Part shown: positions 49,469 to 62,266 of the stretch, one piece after another
Position numbering within the stretch: position 1 is the first letter of the stretch
Layout: every line of letters begins with the position of its first letter
NCBI GenBank assembly: GCA_964016885.1
Contig: OZ024740.1
Coordinates: 197,222,001 to 197,286,000, forward strand
Direction of reading: 5' to 3'
DNA from: Eledone cirrhosa
Lineage: Eukaryota
Length of the DNA stretch: 64,000 bases
Notes under the pieces: generated by a model
What the model was told of the DNA's origin: nothing
What the model saw: only the letters and a program-made list of their open reading frames with translations
Databases searched by the model: none
Position numbers and translations under genes: made by a program

Positions 49469-50353
49469 GCTATAAATCTTTGGAGGAATTTCACCAGTCC
49501 GGCCTCCTGTTATTTTACTCAATAATAATTAACACCATTCTCGCACCACCAAGATTCAACATCGAAGATGGATGAGTTGCATAACGTTGAGCGCTTTTCC
49601 TAATATTACATCAAGGTTGACTATACGGAATGACCAGTTCTTTCCAGTGGTGAACCACCAAACCTAAATGAATAATGCTCCTTGTACTGTTGAGGCTTTG
49701 TTACGTAATGGAGAACAGGAGCCCTGACACCAGCATGCAGCTACTACCATGGGACTAACTGCACCCTATTCTGATATTGGCTGTAGTAAATAAGTGTACC
49801 GAACTACTCGGACCACACCTTGCTTACACATCCATATCTGGAACATTTAAACTTCGTTGGACTTCACAAATTCTTTGAACAATCCACATGTTCTACTATA
49901 CCCTGTATTGAATTGACTGAATTCTATATTTCATAGTTTTTAGGTATTTATAATGGTTAATACTTGAACCTACCCTACATATCACCTGATACCATCTCTA
50001 TTCTTCTATCCTCTATATTTTTAACCCTATTATCTATTGTTTATTTGTTACACTTTGATTTGTATTTATTTTTTATTTCTTTGATATTTTATTTACTTCC
50101 ATTCTTACTCCCATGATTACCACTGTGTATGATTACATTTTATATTCTTTATATACTTATCCTTGGTTTTACTCAACTGTTACCTAAACTTATTTCAATA
50201 CACTAGATTATTGCTTTCTATACTGTCTTTTTTTATATTTATTTATTTTTTAAAATTACTACCCACTTAGGATTCACTTAACATGTACCGTGCGATATAG
50301 TTCACATATAATAATTACACAGAGACATAAGTATGTTGTAGTATTAAGGTATA

Positions 50354-50886
50354 CTAGCAGAAAAACCACCCTTCGGGTGGTTTTCTGCTAGCATGTGTAG
50401 TGTGTATATTGATATTATACGCAAGTATATATGCATGTAGATATGATACATCAAATAAAATCGTAATTGACAATATACACAGAAATTGAACAAAGACTGC
50501 GTTACATTGTCTTATGTAATCAGTAACGTAATCCATGATACATTAAAAAAGACGATATTATATATAATTTGCATTATGAGAAAATTAGTGACGGAAATAT
50601 ATGAATGTTTATTCAAGCGATCGCTAACCGGAAGTGTTGACATTTGAAAATTTTAAAGAAGTGAATCTTAAAATAAGCCACAAAATTATTTATATTTAAT
50701 CAAGAATAATGTAATTTAGTAGATAAATTATGTAATAAAGTACCAGTAATGCACTGGGTAATTGCTGGCCTTGTGCCTAAAGTAGAAACAATTATTTATT
50801 CAAAGTAATCCAACTTATTTTACAAACAGGATAAAAGAATATATTCTGGACGCATTCCTGCACTCCTTACTTTATTATAGTTTAGA
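50354..50886 (-). mobile_element. Non-autonomous Helitron
   Basis: The minus strand starts A|TCTAAACTATAATAAAG and ends with the hairpin accacccgaagggtggt, then ttttctgCTAG|T. Confidence 0.7.
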
Positions 50887-52183
50887 TATCTATATATCAC
50901 CTATATTTATTATGGTGTGGGATGGGATTATATACCATATGAATTCAAAACTGAACAACACATGGAATCCAGGTTAGTTTGAGATTGAATATGGTTTCTT
51001 TGCCTATTTCATTAAATTTTACTACATTTAAGCTTCCCACGATTCACATCACTGATATGAATAATTAATAATCATTTGGTATGCGTTGGATGATCGACTG
51101 GCTGTGATGGCTTTGCTACTTGCACTCAAAGCACCTGGGTCTGTCCACCTTCCTGGAGTGCTTGGAAAAATAAATTCCCCTTTCTGAAGATGAAAATACT
51201 CGGAACAGTTGGTAGGCCTTGAGCCTTGGGTAGACCGGGAAATTGTCACGTCACTGGTCGCCAAACCACACTCTTTTATATAATGTAGTTCAGAATTATT
51301 TCAAACCCCTAGGAATATAATATCGATCAATGCAAAGAACCCAAATCTAGATAATGACCTAGTCTAGTTTAATTTAGTTTTATTTTGTTTTATTACGTCT
51401 CAGCTTTACACTACTTTATCTTTAGAATCATTAACATAACTAGTATTTATAACTACTATTTGGCATACATTGCTTCACCGGCCAACTGTACTGACTCTTT
51501 TGGTCACGTGAGGTGTGAGCCTGTTGACGTTTCATGGAGTGTTTGGAAATAATAGAAATTTCCCTGTTCCCGATATGAGATTTTACTCAGAAGTGTTTGC
51601 GGGTTTATGGACCTGCAGTGACTGCGAAGCCATTATTACAGTAGCTAACGAAAGACAAGCCACACTAATTTCTCTAGATCACAAACACAGTGATAGAACA
51701 CGACCTTTATTATGACTATCAAAGATTATTTAATTTTTACATAAATACTTCCTTTTCCTAATTTTTAATTAAATCTTGCAATTTTAAACTTAAATTTTAC
51801 ATTTTTAATCTTTAATCTTAACTTTAAATTCTACCTTAGAACTTTTTAGCTCTGAATTTAATCCCACCCACTATATTTTTTCTCTGTAACCTGATCTCCT
51901 TTATCACTAGCATGTGTCCAAATGGCAGTGAGTGGCAGCGTGGTAGTAGTAGACGTACTACATATACAGCCTCTTAACCCAACCGGCAGGGTGGGAATAG
52001 TGTACATACTAAGCATACAGCCCCCTAACCAAACCGGCAAGATGAAATTGTGAGAATCCCCACTCAAAGGTGGTCAGCCAAACTGACAACTGGCCGCCTT
52101 TGAATCATAAACATTTTTATCTGGTTTTTAGCCTCTTGGATTGTGTTTACCACTATTCCTTTATTATATAACTTTTATGCAAT

Positions 52184-52245
52184 AAACACTTGATGATGTC
52201 ACCAGGATTTTACGGAACTTGGTCACTGAAATGTACATAGTGTTT
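52184..52245 (+). ncRNA. Hammerhead motif, degenerate copy 2
   Basis: aaacac-TTGATGA-tgtcaccagg..cttggtcact-GAAA-tgtaca-TA-gtgttt. Perfect 6-bp stem I and palindromic stem III. Confidence 0.62.
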
Positions 52246-54092
52246 GTTATAATAAATCTTTGAACGAATTTCACCAGTCCGACCTCCTGTCATTTTACTC
52301 AATGATATATATATAAGCTTTCGCCATATTTTTGATTAAAGAAATTTTAGCTTGATTGTGGTATTTAGAACCCTCAATGAAATGGAAAAAGATGAGTCTC
52401 ATCTTTTCCCATTTCTTTGAGGGTTCTAAACCCCACTATCAAGTTAAAATTTCTTTAGTCAAAAATACGGTGAAAGCTTCTATTTCTAATTTCAAAACAT
52501 ACCTGATATATATATATATACAGAGAGAGAGAGTTGGTGGGTAGTATTATATTATTGCACCAGTTTGATCATTCAATTCTATTTCTGGGATGTTCGACTT
52601 TAAAAGTGTGCATTCGCTCCGGCATTGGTTTGTTATTGACAATATGCAGAGTGATTATATTAAGTAAGAAAGAATGAAGTTTCAGTTTAACATTTAGTTG
52701 CTGCTAGAGAAATTGTCATTGCTTGTTTCATCCCAGGTGAGTAGCTTACCACTGCAGAACAGGAAGAACTGGCATTTTGTCATCTCCTTGGTTCAGCTCT
52801 GCCGGGAGAGTCCAAGCCATGCTCTATGATCTTGTTGAGAGCAGTGTGATGTAGGAGGCAGCCAACAATATAATGGCATGAGAGTGTGTTGGATGTGAAA
52901 ATAGTTCACAATGAATCCATAGCAACAATTGTGTGGCTTGCAGATTTAGAGGCCAAACGTCAGGGAAACAGTGATATGTAAACAGTTGCTGTACATCTGA
53001 GTGTCAGTTGATAACGAGGTGACGGTGTTAAGCCAGGCACCACCATGGGGCAGTGAGGCCGAGTGAAAACAAGCCATTGGATGGCATACAATTTACTTTG
53101 AGGGGACTGGATGTCTACAGAGAAGAGGGGGAGTTGGATGTTTGCAGAGTGGAGGCCAACCTGGTTCCATGTCACGTAGGCCTGCTTGCATTCTCTAGTC
53201 ATAGTAGGTTCTGTTGTGATGTGGAGAACCTTGTTGAAGAAGACATAACAAGAGGTTGCCGAATAAAGAAATGCCACCAAAGTCAGTGAGACTGGAGAAC
53301 GGAAACCAAAGCCACCATATCTGCTGGGTAGGGTGGCTTGTTGCCATCCAGTATCATCATATCGAATGTTACATATTTCCTTAGCAGCTCTTTGGGTACG
53401 GTTATCGAGGCATTTCAGAAGGTATATAGAAGCTTGGGCATGGCAAAGCAATTCCTCAACAAGAATTTCTCACCTCGCAGCCCTAGATATCAGGAGTGTT
53501 GGTTGGCGTTGAATGAGTTCATGCAGCAGGAGTAATGTTGCTTGGTGCCTTACCACCTCTATGCTCCCACTGCTGCCACTCATGGGCTTTGCCTTTTGGC
53601 CTTTCTTCAAAGGTGACGAGTCTTTCAGCAGAAGTAGTGTTGGTTCTGCCTCCCCATCTCCACTTATGTAATAGTGCTGCTACTATAAAATGCATCCAGT
53701 ACACACTGTAATGTAGTTAGCATTGAGGTGGGCATCTAGCCATAGAAATCATGCCAAAATGGAACAAATGAGCAAGACAAGATCATCTGACACATTTACT
53801 CTTAGAATGTGAAAATCTGTACAACCCATGTCAGCATGGAAAACAGACATAAAATGGTAATGATAGAGATAATAATTTTGACAGAAAGATTTTATTAAAA
53901 ATATCACAGTAGTAAGTAATCTCACCAATGTAGATATAGTTGAGGTTACATAAAATATAGTGCTGGGAGGATATCAATATGTTATATCATTTTTCCTGTG
54001 TGAATATATTTAAGGTTATAGATGATATTTTTTCACAAAAAACAAATTTTGACATTGATAAAAATAACCTAACTACTAATACATACATTTAG

Positions 54093-54800
54093 TTAAGTAA
54101 CATTTTTGATACAGCTTCTCTTTATGATATGATTTTTTTCATGTTTAGTTAAGCCACTTCTTTTAGTGTATGATTTACTACATATATCACAATGATATGG
54201 TTTCTCTCTTGTATGAACGAGTTTGTGTTTAGTTAGGTCACTCTTTTGTGAGGATGTTTTACCACAAATATCACAGTTATATGGTTTCTCTCCTGTGTGA
54301 CTATATTTGTGAATAGTTAAATGACTTGTTTGAGAGAATGATCTATCACACATATCACAATGATATGGCTTCTCTCCTGTATGACTATACTTGTGTGTAG
54401 TTAAGTGACTAGTTTGAGAGAAAGCTATACCACAGATATCACAGCGATAGGGCTTCTTCCCTGTATGGATGCGTTGATGAGTAGTTAGGTTATTTTTCTG
54501 AGAGAATGATTTACCGCAGATATCACAGTGATATGGTTCCTCTCCAGTATGAATACGCTTGTGTGTAGTTAAATTACTTCTTTCAACGAATGATTTACCA
54601 CAGATAACACAGTGATGTGACTTCTCTCCTACATGAATGCGTTTGTGAGCAGTTAAGAGATTATTTCGAGAGAATGATTTACCACAGATATCACAGTGAT
54701 GTGAAGTTTTTAGTTTCTTTTCAATTATCTCACCAGCAAAATCAATCCTTTTGGATTGTATTGTACATTTAACCGGGTTCTCACATAATTCATTTTCCAT
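54093..54800 (-). CDS. C2H2 zinc-finger protein, 7 fingers (paralog B)
   Basis: 235-aa ORF with the same [13 protein letters not shown]-terminus and seven C2H2 repeats. Confidence 0.93.
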   Translation of the reverse strand: MENELCENPVKCTIQSKRIDFAGEIIEKKLKTSHHCDICGKSFSRNNLLTAHKRIHVGEKSHHCVICGKSFVERSNLTTHKRIHTGEEPYHCDICGKSFSQKNNLTTHQRIHTGKKPYRCDICGIAFSQTSHLTTHKYSHTGEKPYHCDMCDRSFSQTSHLTIHKYSHTGEKPYNCDICGKTSSQKSDLTKHKLVHTREKPYHCDICSKSYTKRSGLTKHEKNHIIKRSCIKNVT

Positions 54801-55269
54801 AATTTTTCTTCTTTCATCAAAATATATTTCTCTTTTTTATATATTTTATTCCCAATAAATATTTCTACTGTGATCTTTGTTGATATCTGAGGCAGGTTGT
54901 TATCGCCTTTGTAAATTTTTCTAAGTTTAATTAGACTGTAAAATCATCTTGTACATATTCCATACAATAAACAAAAATGTTGCTATTAATCTCAGTTCAG
55001 AGGAAATATTTCAAAATAATTTTACCATATATTATCTCTTATATATAAAATCTTTTAGTCTTTAAAAATAATAAACATTAATGATGTATCTCAGGTAAAA
55101 ACAATTCTGTTGTGTCAACATCATCTGATATTCTGAAATAATAGAGAAATAGTAAAAATAAAAAGTTAACTGAAAGTTTGGCTTCATTTCTATATTGATA
55201 GATTGTAGATATAACATTTAACATGAACATTTGAAGTTTAACTTTCAATTTATCAAAATAACATACAAC

Positions 55270-55700
55270 CTTGTATGAAGTAAGCTACACCTTCAGATTG
55301 TGAAACTTTATATATATGTTAAACTACAGCTCTATCTTCAGAATGGGTAACATTATATGTCAAATTACAGCTATACCTTCAAATTATGTAATATATGTGA
55401 AACTACAGCTACACCTTCAGATTATGTAATATATGTTAAGCAACACCTAACCTTCAGATTGTGTAATATATGTTAAACTACAGCTACACCTTCAGATTGT
55501 GTAATATATGTTAAACTACAGCTCTATCTTCAGAATAGGTAACATTATATATATGTAAAATTAAAACTATACCTTCATTCAGATTGTGTAATATATATTA
55601 AGCTACAGCTACACCTTCAGATTGTGTAATATATGTGAAACTGCAGCTATACCTTTAGATTGTGTAATATCATACATATGTTAAACTACAACTATATATT
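55270..55700. repeat. Minisatellite of about 38 bp, about 10 units
   Basis: Same unit as 44495-44650, expanded. Confidence 0.9.
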
Positions 55701-55704
55701 TAAT

Positions 55705-56610
55705 GGGAACTGACGTCTGTACGGGTGTGAGGTATCGATGTGGCAAACTCCTAGACTCCATGGTCTTTCTTGCTGTCTGAATGCCGGTCGCTTCACATGT
55801 CACACAGAGCTAAACCTTATTCTCAAGAGAGCTTTGGCCTGGGCAAACATTCCTTCAATCTTGGAACCATTTGCGTTGTCCAGAGTTGATGGGAAATACC
55901 TGATGGCCTTACCCTGTGCCCCTGTGCGAGAGGCAGATGCCTTGTGAGGGATGTCACACCTAGTGACTCTTTTGCTTCTTCCCACATCCTTGATGCTGCG
56001 GTTAGGACGAGAGCCACAGCTTCCGCAGCTGAACGGAACAAAATCCTAAAATACTGATGATCTGTCGGCCAACTATATCTTCCAGCTTGTGGCATTCGAG
56101 ACGTTTGGGGTAGTCAGGCTACTGACTGCGAGATTCCTATCTTCACTGGCGGCTCGCCTAACAGAAATACTGGTGAAGCTCATGAGGGCGCTTGGTTGTT
56201 CCAGCGCATCAGCCACGCCATCACCCGAGGTAACGCTGTGAGTGTGCTAGCTTGCCTCAAAAATCATTAAAGAGGTCTCCCAGTGCTAATTGCGATGTTA
56301 TCTTTTACTCTGGTAGCCTTTCATAGTACTTGGTCCCAGATGTGTGTACTTTTTCTTTTTTTCCTTTCCTTTATACTATATTTCTTTTGGCGGTGGATTG
56401 GCAGTATCGGTAGGGCGTCGGACAACATGCTGTGCAGCATAGTTACGGCCCTTTATGATCTGAGTTCAAATCCTCCTGAGGTTAACTTTGCCTTTCATCC
56501 TTACGGGGTCGATAAAATAAAGTACCAGTAATACACTGGATTAACTGCAGGCCTTGTGCCAAAAGTAGAAACTATTATTATATTTCTTTTCATACAACAG
56601 TGAATACAAT
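55705..56610 (+). mobile_element. CRE 3' fragment in unit B with a SINE inserted at ~56388-56580; opposite fragment at ~57110-57265
   Basis: Matches 14330-15000 in reverse, covering the RLE region and 3' UTR. Confidence 0.85.
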
Positions 56611-59009
56611 TTGGATTTACAATGTTAAACAATAGATTGGATCAAAGGAACTCGTGTTCAATGCTGACACTGTCATTCACAACTCTGCCAGGAGGAGGAA
56701 TTTGAACTCAGAATGCACAGATCCAAATTAAATACCAATCAAATAATTCCATTAATAATCGCCCCTAGATTGGTACTTTTTTATCGACTACGATTGGGGT
56801 GAAAGGCAAAGTTGATCTTGGTGGAAAACCAACTTAGAACGCAGTAGAAAACCTCCGTCGATTACGTGTGCGATCAATTAAAATTATCTCTTAAAACTCG
56901 CACCGGGGTAAGGGGCTAAAGAAAACTCTGAGAGGGTGCTAGTCCGAGCTTCCCCTTCCCGCTGTTTTCCAGAGAAAGACACCCTTTGACGCATGTAATC
57001 TCCCAGGCTGAGGTCGCAAAAGTAATTAAAGAGCTCAAATGTGGCAAGGTTGGTGTGTTGTGTGGCCGCTTGTCGCACTTGATGGTGAATTGGTTATTTG
57101 AAAGCTGGAAAAAAGAAAAGAAAAACAAAACGCAGAAGCGGTTAGCACACACATCTGGAACAACCAAGCCCCCTCACGAGCTTCACTAGTTACCTGTTAG
57201 GCGAGCCCCATATCGAAGATAGGAATCTCGCAATCAGTAGCCTGACTCCTCTAAACGTCTCGAACGATTTGTGTTTATCAACATTATATTTGTTGTTATT
57301 CTGAAAGAATTGCGAGCACACTTAAAAGAAATTTTTGTCAACTTACGCTTTTCAGAAGTAAACGGTGAATTATGTGTTTTTATAAAACTACCAAAGAATT
57401 AATCTCGTTGTTTTCAACTGTTTTAAATCAACTTTAATCTACAACATAAACTGTAGATTCTTCTTCCAGTAGTGAAGCTGACTTTATATCATTAGCCGCA
57501 GTTTCGATTCGAAATATAGTGTGTGTATGTGTGTAATATTTTGGATTGGCTGTTTCGGCGGAGCGTCGGACACCATGCTATATGTAATAGGGTTACGCTC
57601 CTTTGCATTCTGAGTTCAACTTTACCTTTCATCCTTACCGGGTCGATAAAGTAAAGTACCAGTAATCCACTGGATTCGGTTTAATCGACTTTTCCCTCCT
57701 CCAAAATTATTGGCCTTGTTTCTAAATCAAAAATCAATATATATTTTTGTGGGGAACAATGCTCTTATTCAACAGCTAAAATAATACAAGGCAACATTTA
57801 AGACAACTGCTGATAATAAAGCTAATCAACTAAATCCAATTGTGCCATCATAAACAATATTGTTTACTGAAAGATCGTATGTCTAGCCGCATGTGGTTTC
57901 CCGAAAGACTAAGTGCGGCCTTTTGAAAGAATCCCAGTAGTCGAAGACAGACGCTTCATATAGGAGTATATATTTTGCTGATTATATTCCATTGTCTATA
58001 TTTTCAACATATGACTTGCACAAATATTACCACTTATATTTCTTAAGATGTATTTCTATAGCGAGAATTTGATGGTCGTGTTGGTGATTGGGTTGAGGTG
58101 TTGATTCGTTTGTTGCATGTGTGCAAGTAGCTGTTCAATAAGATGATGATATAGTTCCTTGATCATGCAGAAAATGTCTATACATAAATGAATCACAATG
58201 ACATCAAACTGCTATATTATTAATTTATAGCTCACACTGAAGTTATACGAAAAATACACAAGAATTATGGACGTTATTTATTTGTTTGTAAAAGTAGAAT
58301 TAAATTGTATTTACCAAGAACATTTCATGAAATTCACTGGCTTGGTTGAGAGAGAGAGACCAAGAGACAGAGATTGAGTGAAAGAGAGAGTGTTAGAGAA
58401 GGTAAGAATCTGTAAGACTCCAAAGGGTCTGTAGAAAGCGAATGTTTACATGTTTACTCTATCTAGAATTGCTCCAAATTGCCTGGCCTGATCTAAGGCA
58501 GGCTATTTATCTTTGTCGCTTCCTCTGTCTCCCAGATATGAGAACAAAAGTGTAACCTTTCCAGGTCGTCCAATCTCAGAAGTTGATAATGCGTTCGCAG
58601 TAGGTGTCCAGTACTTTGTTCCTTCCTTTCTGTGGACAGAAATCACTTTTATTTTTAACTATTGATTCGTCTTCAGAATTAATGTTATTGGAGAAGTATT
58701 CAGTTGGTCCGAGTTTTCAACAAAATGTCTGTTTGTATGGATCTGTATTTTTTTAATTTTTTTTTATGAGAGTTAATGTGGTGATGTGTGTGGTACCTGT
58801 TGTAGTTGTTAACGTGTAAAGGTTTTGTTGGGATTTCATGTAGACTGGATGGATTTCGTCATAAATATATGGTGTTTATGTTGCGGATTTGTTCTATGTT
58901 CTTTTAGGGTTAGTCTTTGTGGGAGATATTTTTGTGGATACCTATGTTGTGGTGTTTCTTCCTATGTTGGGTATGTTTCTTCTGTTGTATTTGGTTTGTG
59001 TTGAGTGGG

Positions 59010-59058
<49 letters not shown>

Positions 59059-59172
59059 GAGTTAAACAAGATTCAATGAGTACATCAAAGAATGAGTTTT
59101 ACAGTAGATTGGAAGCACTCTACAGTAAACATTTTCCAGAGTTATTAATATTGGTGTTCTTACTGCTTCTGT

Positions 59173-59611
59173 AGCAGTAAGAACACCAATAGCTAACCTA
59201 TTCTTTAAAGCTTTGGGTAGCTCTTTCCCTAGTCAACCTAAATACCATTCCATTTTTAATAGACACACTATTAAATTATCTTATTCTACAACTATGAATA
59301 TGGCCCAAAACATTGCTAAAATAAACAGTAAAATTCTAAATCAAAATCAACATAATGATATTAATAATAGTGTTAACATGAATAATAATAAATCAAAATG
59401 TAATTGTAGAAATAAACCAGATTGCCCTCTGCAAAATAATTGTTTGGATAGAAATTTCAACATAATGATATTAATAATAGTGTTAACATGAATAATAATA
59501 AATCAAAATGTAATTGTAGAAATAAACCAGATTGCCCTCTGCAAAATAATTGTTTGGATAGAAATTTGGTGTATAAATGCACCGTAAAAACAAATAACAA
59601 CACATACAACT
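59173..59611 (+). mobile_element. Penelope-like fragment (linker and start of GIY-YIG)
   Basis: FPSQPKYHSIFNRHTIKLSYSTTMNM...CNCRNKPDCPLQNNCLDRNLVYKCTV; contains a 110-bp tandem duplication. Confidence 0.85.
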
Positions 59612-60553
59612 ACGTGTTACCTACATGGCCACATTACAGCATGGACTGTGTGTTTTTTTTTCGTGACACCTACACGACCTCATTTATTTCGGACTGGATG
59701 TTGTGGTACCAACATAACTTTACATCGAAAAGGGGTGGGGTATTTTTGTTAGAGGTGCCTACTGACTGTAGGTTTCGCTTTGTACTTAGGCAAGGCGGGT
59801 CTTCTGTATTACTGTGTAGCGCCAAAGATCTCGGTCCAGTGACATTGTCTTGGAGAGGTGTAAGTGTGTGAGGTCAAATTTATCAAGTCGTCCCAGGTTT
59901 TTCTGGGTCTGCCTACCATCTATTTTTATCGCTGTGTACTTTTTTATACAGCTGTCGTCTTTCATGCGCATCACATGACCATGCCAACGTAGTCTTCTCT
60001 TGAGTAAACAGCATCTGATCCCTCTTATTCCTAATTTCTCACTTAGTTCATTTATGCTTTGCCGTTCACGTATATTACTATTACACATCCAACGGAGCAT
60101 GCAAGCTTCGTTCCTCTCCAGTCTGCGTATATCCTCTGCACACAATGCCCAAGTCTCACTGCCATGTAACATTGCTGTTCGTATGCAGGCATCATACAGC
60201 CTGCCTTTCATTTTTAGAGAGACCCTTTAGCGGCCAATAGTGGTATCAGCTCTCTGAACGTTTTCCATCCCATTCTGACTCTAGCTACTGTACTTTCAGA
60301 GCACCCTCCACCACTGCTGATTTTGTCACCCAGGTAACGGAAGGTGTCCACAATTTCTATAGAACCATCTGTGCACTGGAATGAGCTAGTATTCTGTGGG
60401 CACTTGCTGCTACTTATTGCACCTGAGCACCGGCCACATATAAAATCTATATTCTTAGTTAGCTTACCTGTGATCCCACTACATCTTTTATGCACCCATA
60501 CTTTGCATTTGGGACATAAAATGAAGTTTCTGTCTACTCCTTTCCTACACACT
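59612..60553 (-). mobile_element. RTE family A fragment
   Basis: ORFs 60214-60567 and 59786-60211 match the C-terminal RTE protein; partial 3' UTR present. Confidence 0.93.
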
Positions 60554-62266
60554 ATACATACATACATATATATATATATAGAGAGAGAGAGAGAAAGAGA
60601 CAGTTGGTGGGTAGTATTATATTATGGCACCAGTTTATTAATCACTCAATGCTATTTATGGGATGTTCCTCTTTGAAAGTGTGCATTTGCTCCGGCATTG
60701 GTTTGTTATTTTAGTTGCTGCTAGAGAAATTGTCATTGCTTGTTTCATCCCAGATGAGTACCTTACCACCGCATTAAAAGGAAGAACTGGCATTTTGCTG
60801 TCTTCTTGGTTCCGCTCTACCAACAGAGTCCAAGCTAGCAGTGTGATGTGGGAGTCCAAGTCATGATCTTGTTGAGAGCATTGTGATGTGGGAGGCGGCC
60901 AGCAATGTAATGGCATGAGAGTGTGTGGGATATGAAAAGAGGTCACAATGAAGCCATAACAACATTTGTGTGGCTTGCAGATTTAGAGGCCAAGCCTCAG
61001 GGAAACAGTGATATGTAAACAGTTGCTATCCAACTGAGTGTCAGTTGATAACGAGGTGACGGTGTTAGGCCAGGCACCACCGTGGGGTGGTGAGGCTGAG
61101 TGAAAACAAGCCATTGGATGGCATTCCATTTACTTTGAGGGGACTGGATGTCTACAGAGAAGAGGGAGAGTGAGATGTTTGCAGAGTGGAGGCCAACCTG
61201 GTTCCATGTCTTGCAGGCCTGCTTGCATTCTCTGCTCATTGTAGGTTCTGTTGTGTTATGGAGAATCTTGTTGAAGAAGACATAACAAGAGGTTGCCGAA
61301 TAAAGAAATGCCACCAAAGCCAGTGAGACTGGAGAAACAGAATCCAAAGCCACCATATCTGATGGGTAGGGTGGCTTGTTGCCATCCAGTATCAGCCAAT
61401 CGAATGTTACATATTTCCTTAGCAGCTCTTCAGATACAGTTATTGAGAGGCACTGCAGAGGGTATATAGAATTTTGGGCATGGTGAAACAGTTCCTCCAC
61501 AGGAAGAGAATCTGATTGATGCCTTGGGTTCCTTTTCCTGCCTTGCAGCCCTAGATATCAAGAGTGTTGGTTGGCGCTGAATGAGTTCATGCAGCAGGAG
61601 TAATGTTGCTTGGTGCCTTACCACCTCTACGCTCCTACTGCTGCCACTCATGGGCTTTGACTTTTGGCCTTTCTTCAAAGTTGACGAGTCTTTCAGCAGG
61701 AGTAGTGTTGGTTCTGCCTTCCCATCTCCACCTATGTAATAGTGCTGCTACTATAAAATGTATCCAGTACACACTGTAATGTAGTTAGCATTGAGGTGGG
61801 CATCTAGCCATAGAAATCATGCCAAAATGGAACAAATGAGCAAGACAAGATCATCTGACACATTTACTCTTAGAATGTGAAAATCTGTACAACCCATGTC
61901 AACATGGAAAACAGACATAAAATGGTAATGATAGTGATAATAATTTTGAAAGACAGTTTTTATTAAAAATAGAGTAGTAAGTAATCTCACCAATGTAGAT
62001 ATAGTTGAGGTTACATAAAATATAATGCTGGGAGAATATCAAAATGTTATATCATTTTTCCTGTGTTAATATATTTAAGGTTATAGATATTTTTTCACAA
62101 TAAACAAATTTTGACATCAATAAAGTTACTCTCTTGTATTAATACACACATGAGGTTGAGTGACATTTTTGAGAAAATAAGTTACCAGTGGTTCTCTCGT
62201 ATATACCAATGTATTTCTCCTATATTTATAAGTAGTTAAATAATCTGTTTTAAATAATGATTTATG

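Larger units (their letters stand above)
49352..52303 (+). mobile_element. Segment bounded by direct repeats of about 173 bp (49352-49523, 52129-52303), each with a hammerhead motif
   Basis: The direct repeats are visible, the insertion is absent from units A and C, and no RT ORF lies between the repeats. Confidence 0.65.

Noticed and set aside
55270-55700. CRISPR-like periodicity
   Set aside because: The units are contiguous diverged repeats with no unique spacers, there are no cas genes, and the context is eukaryotic.
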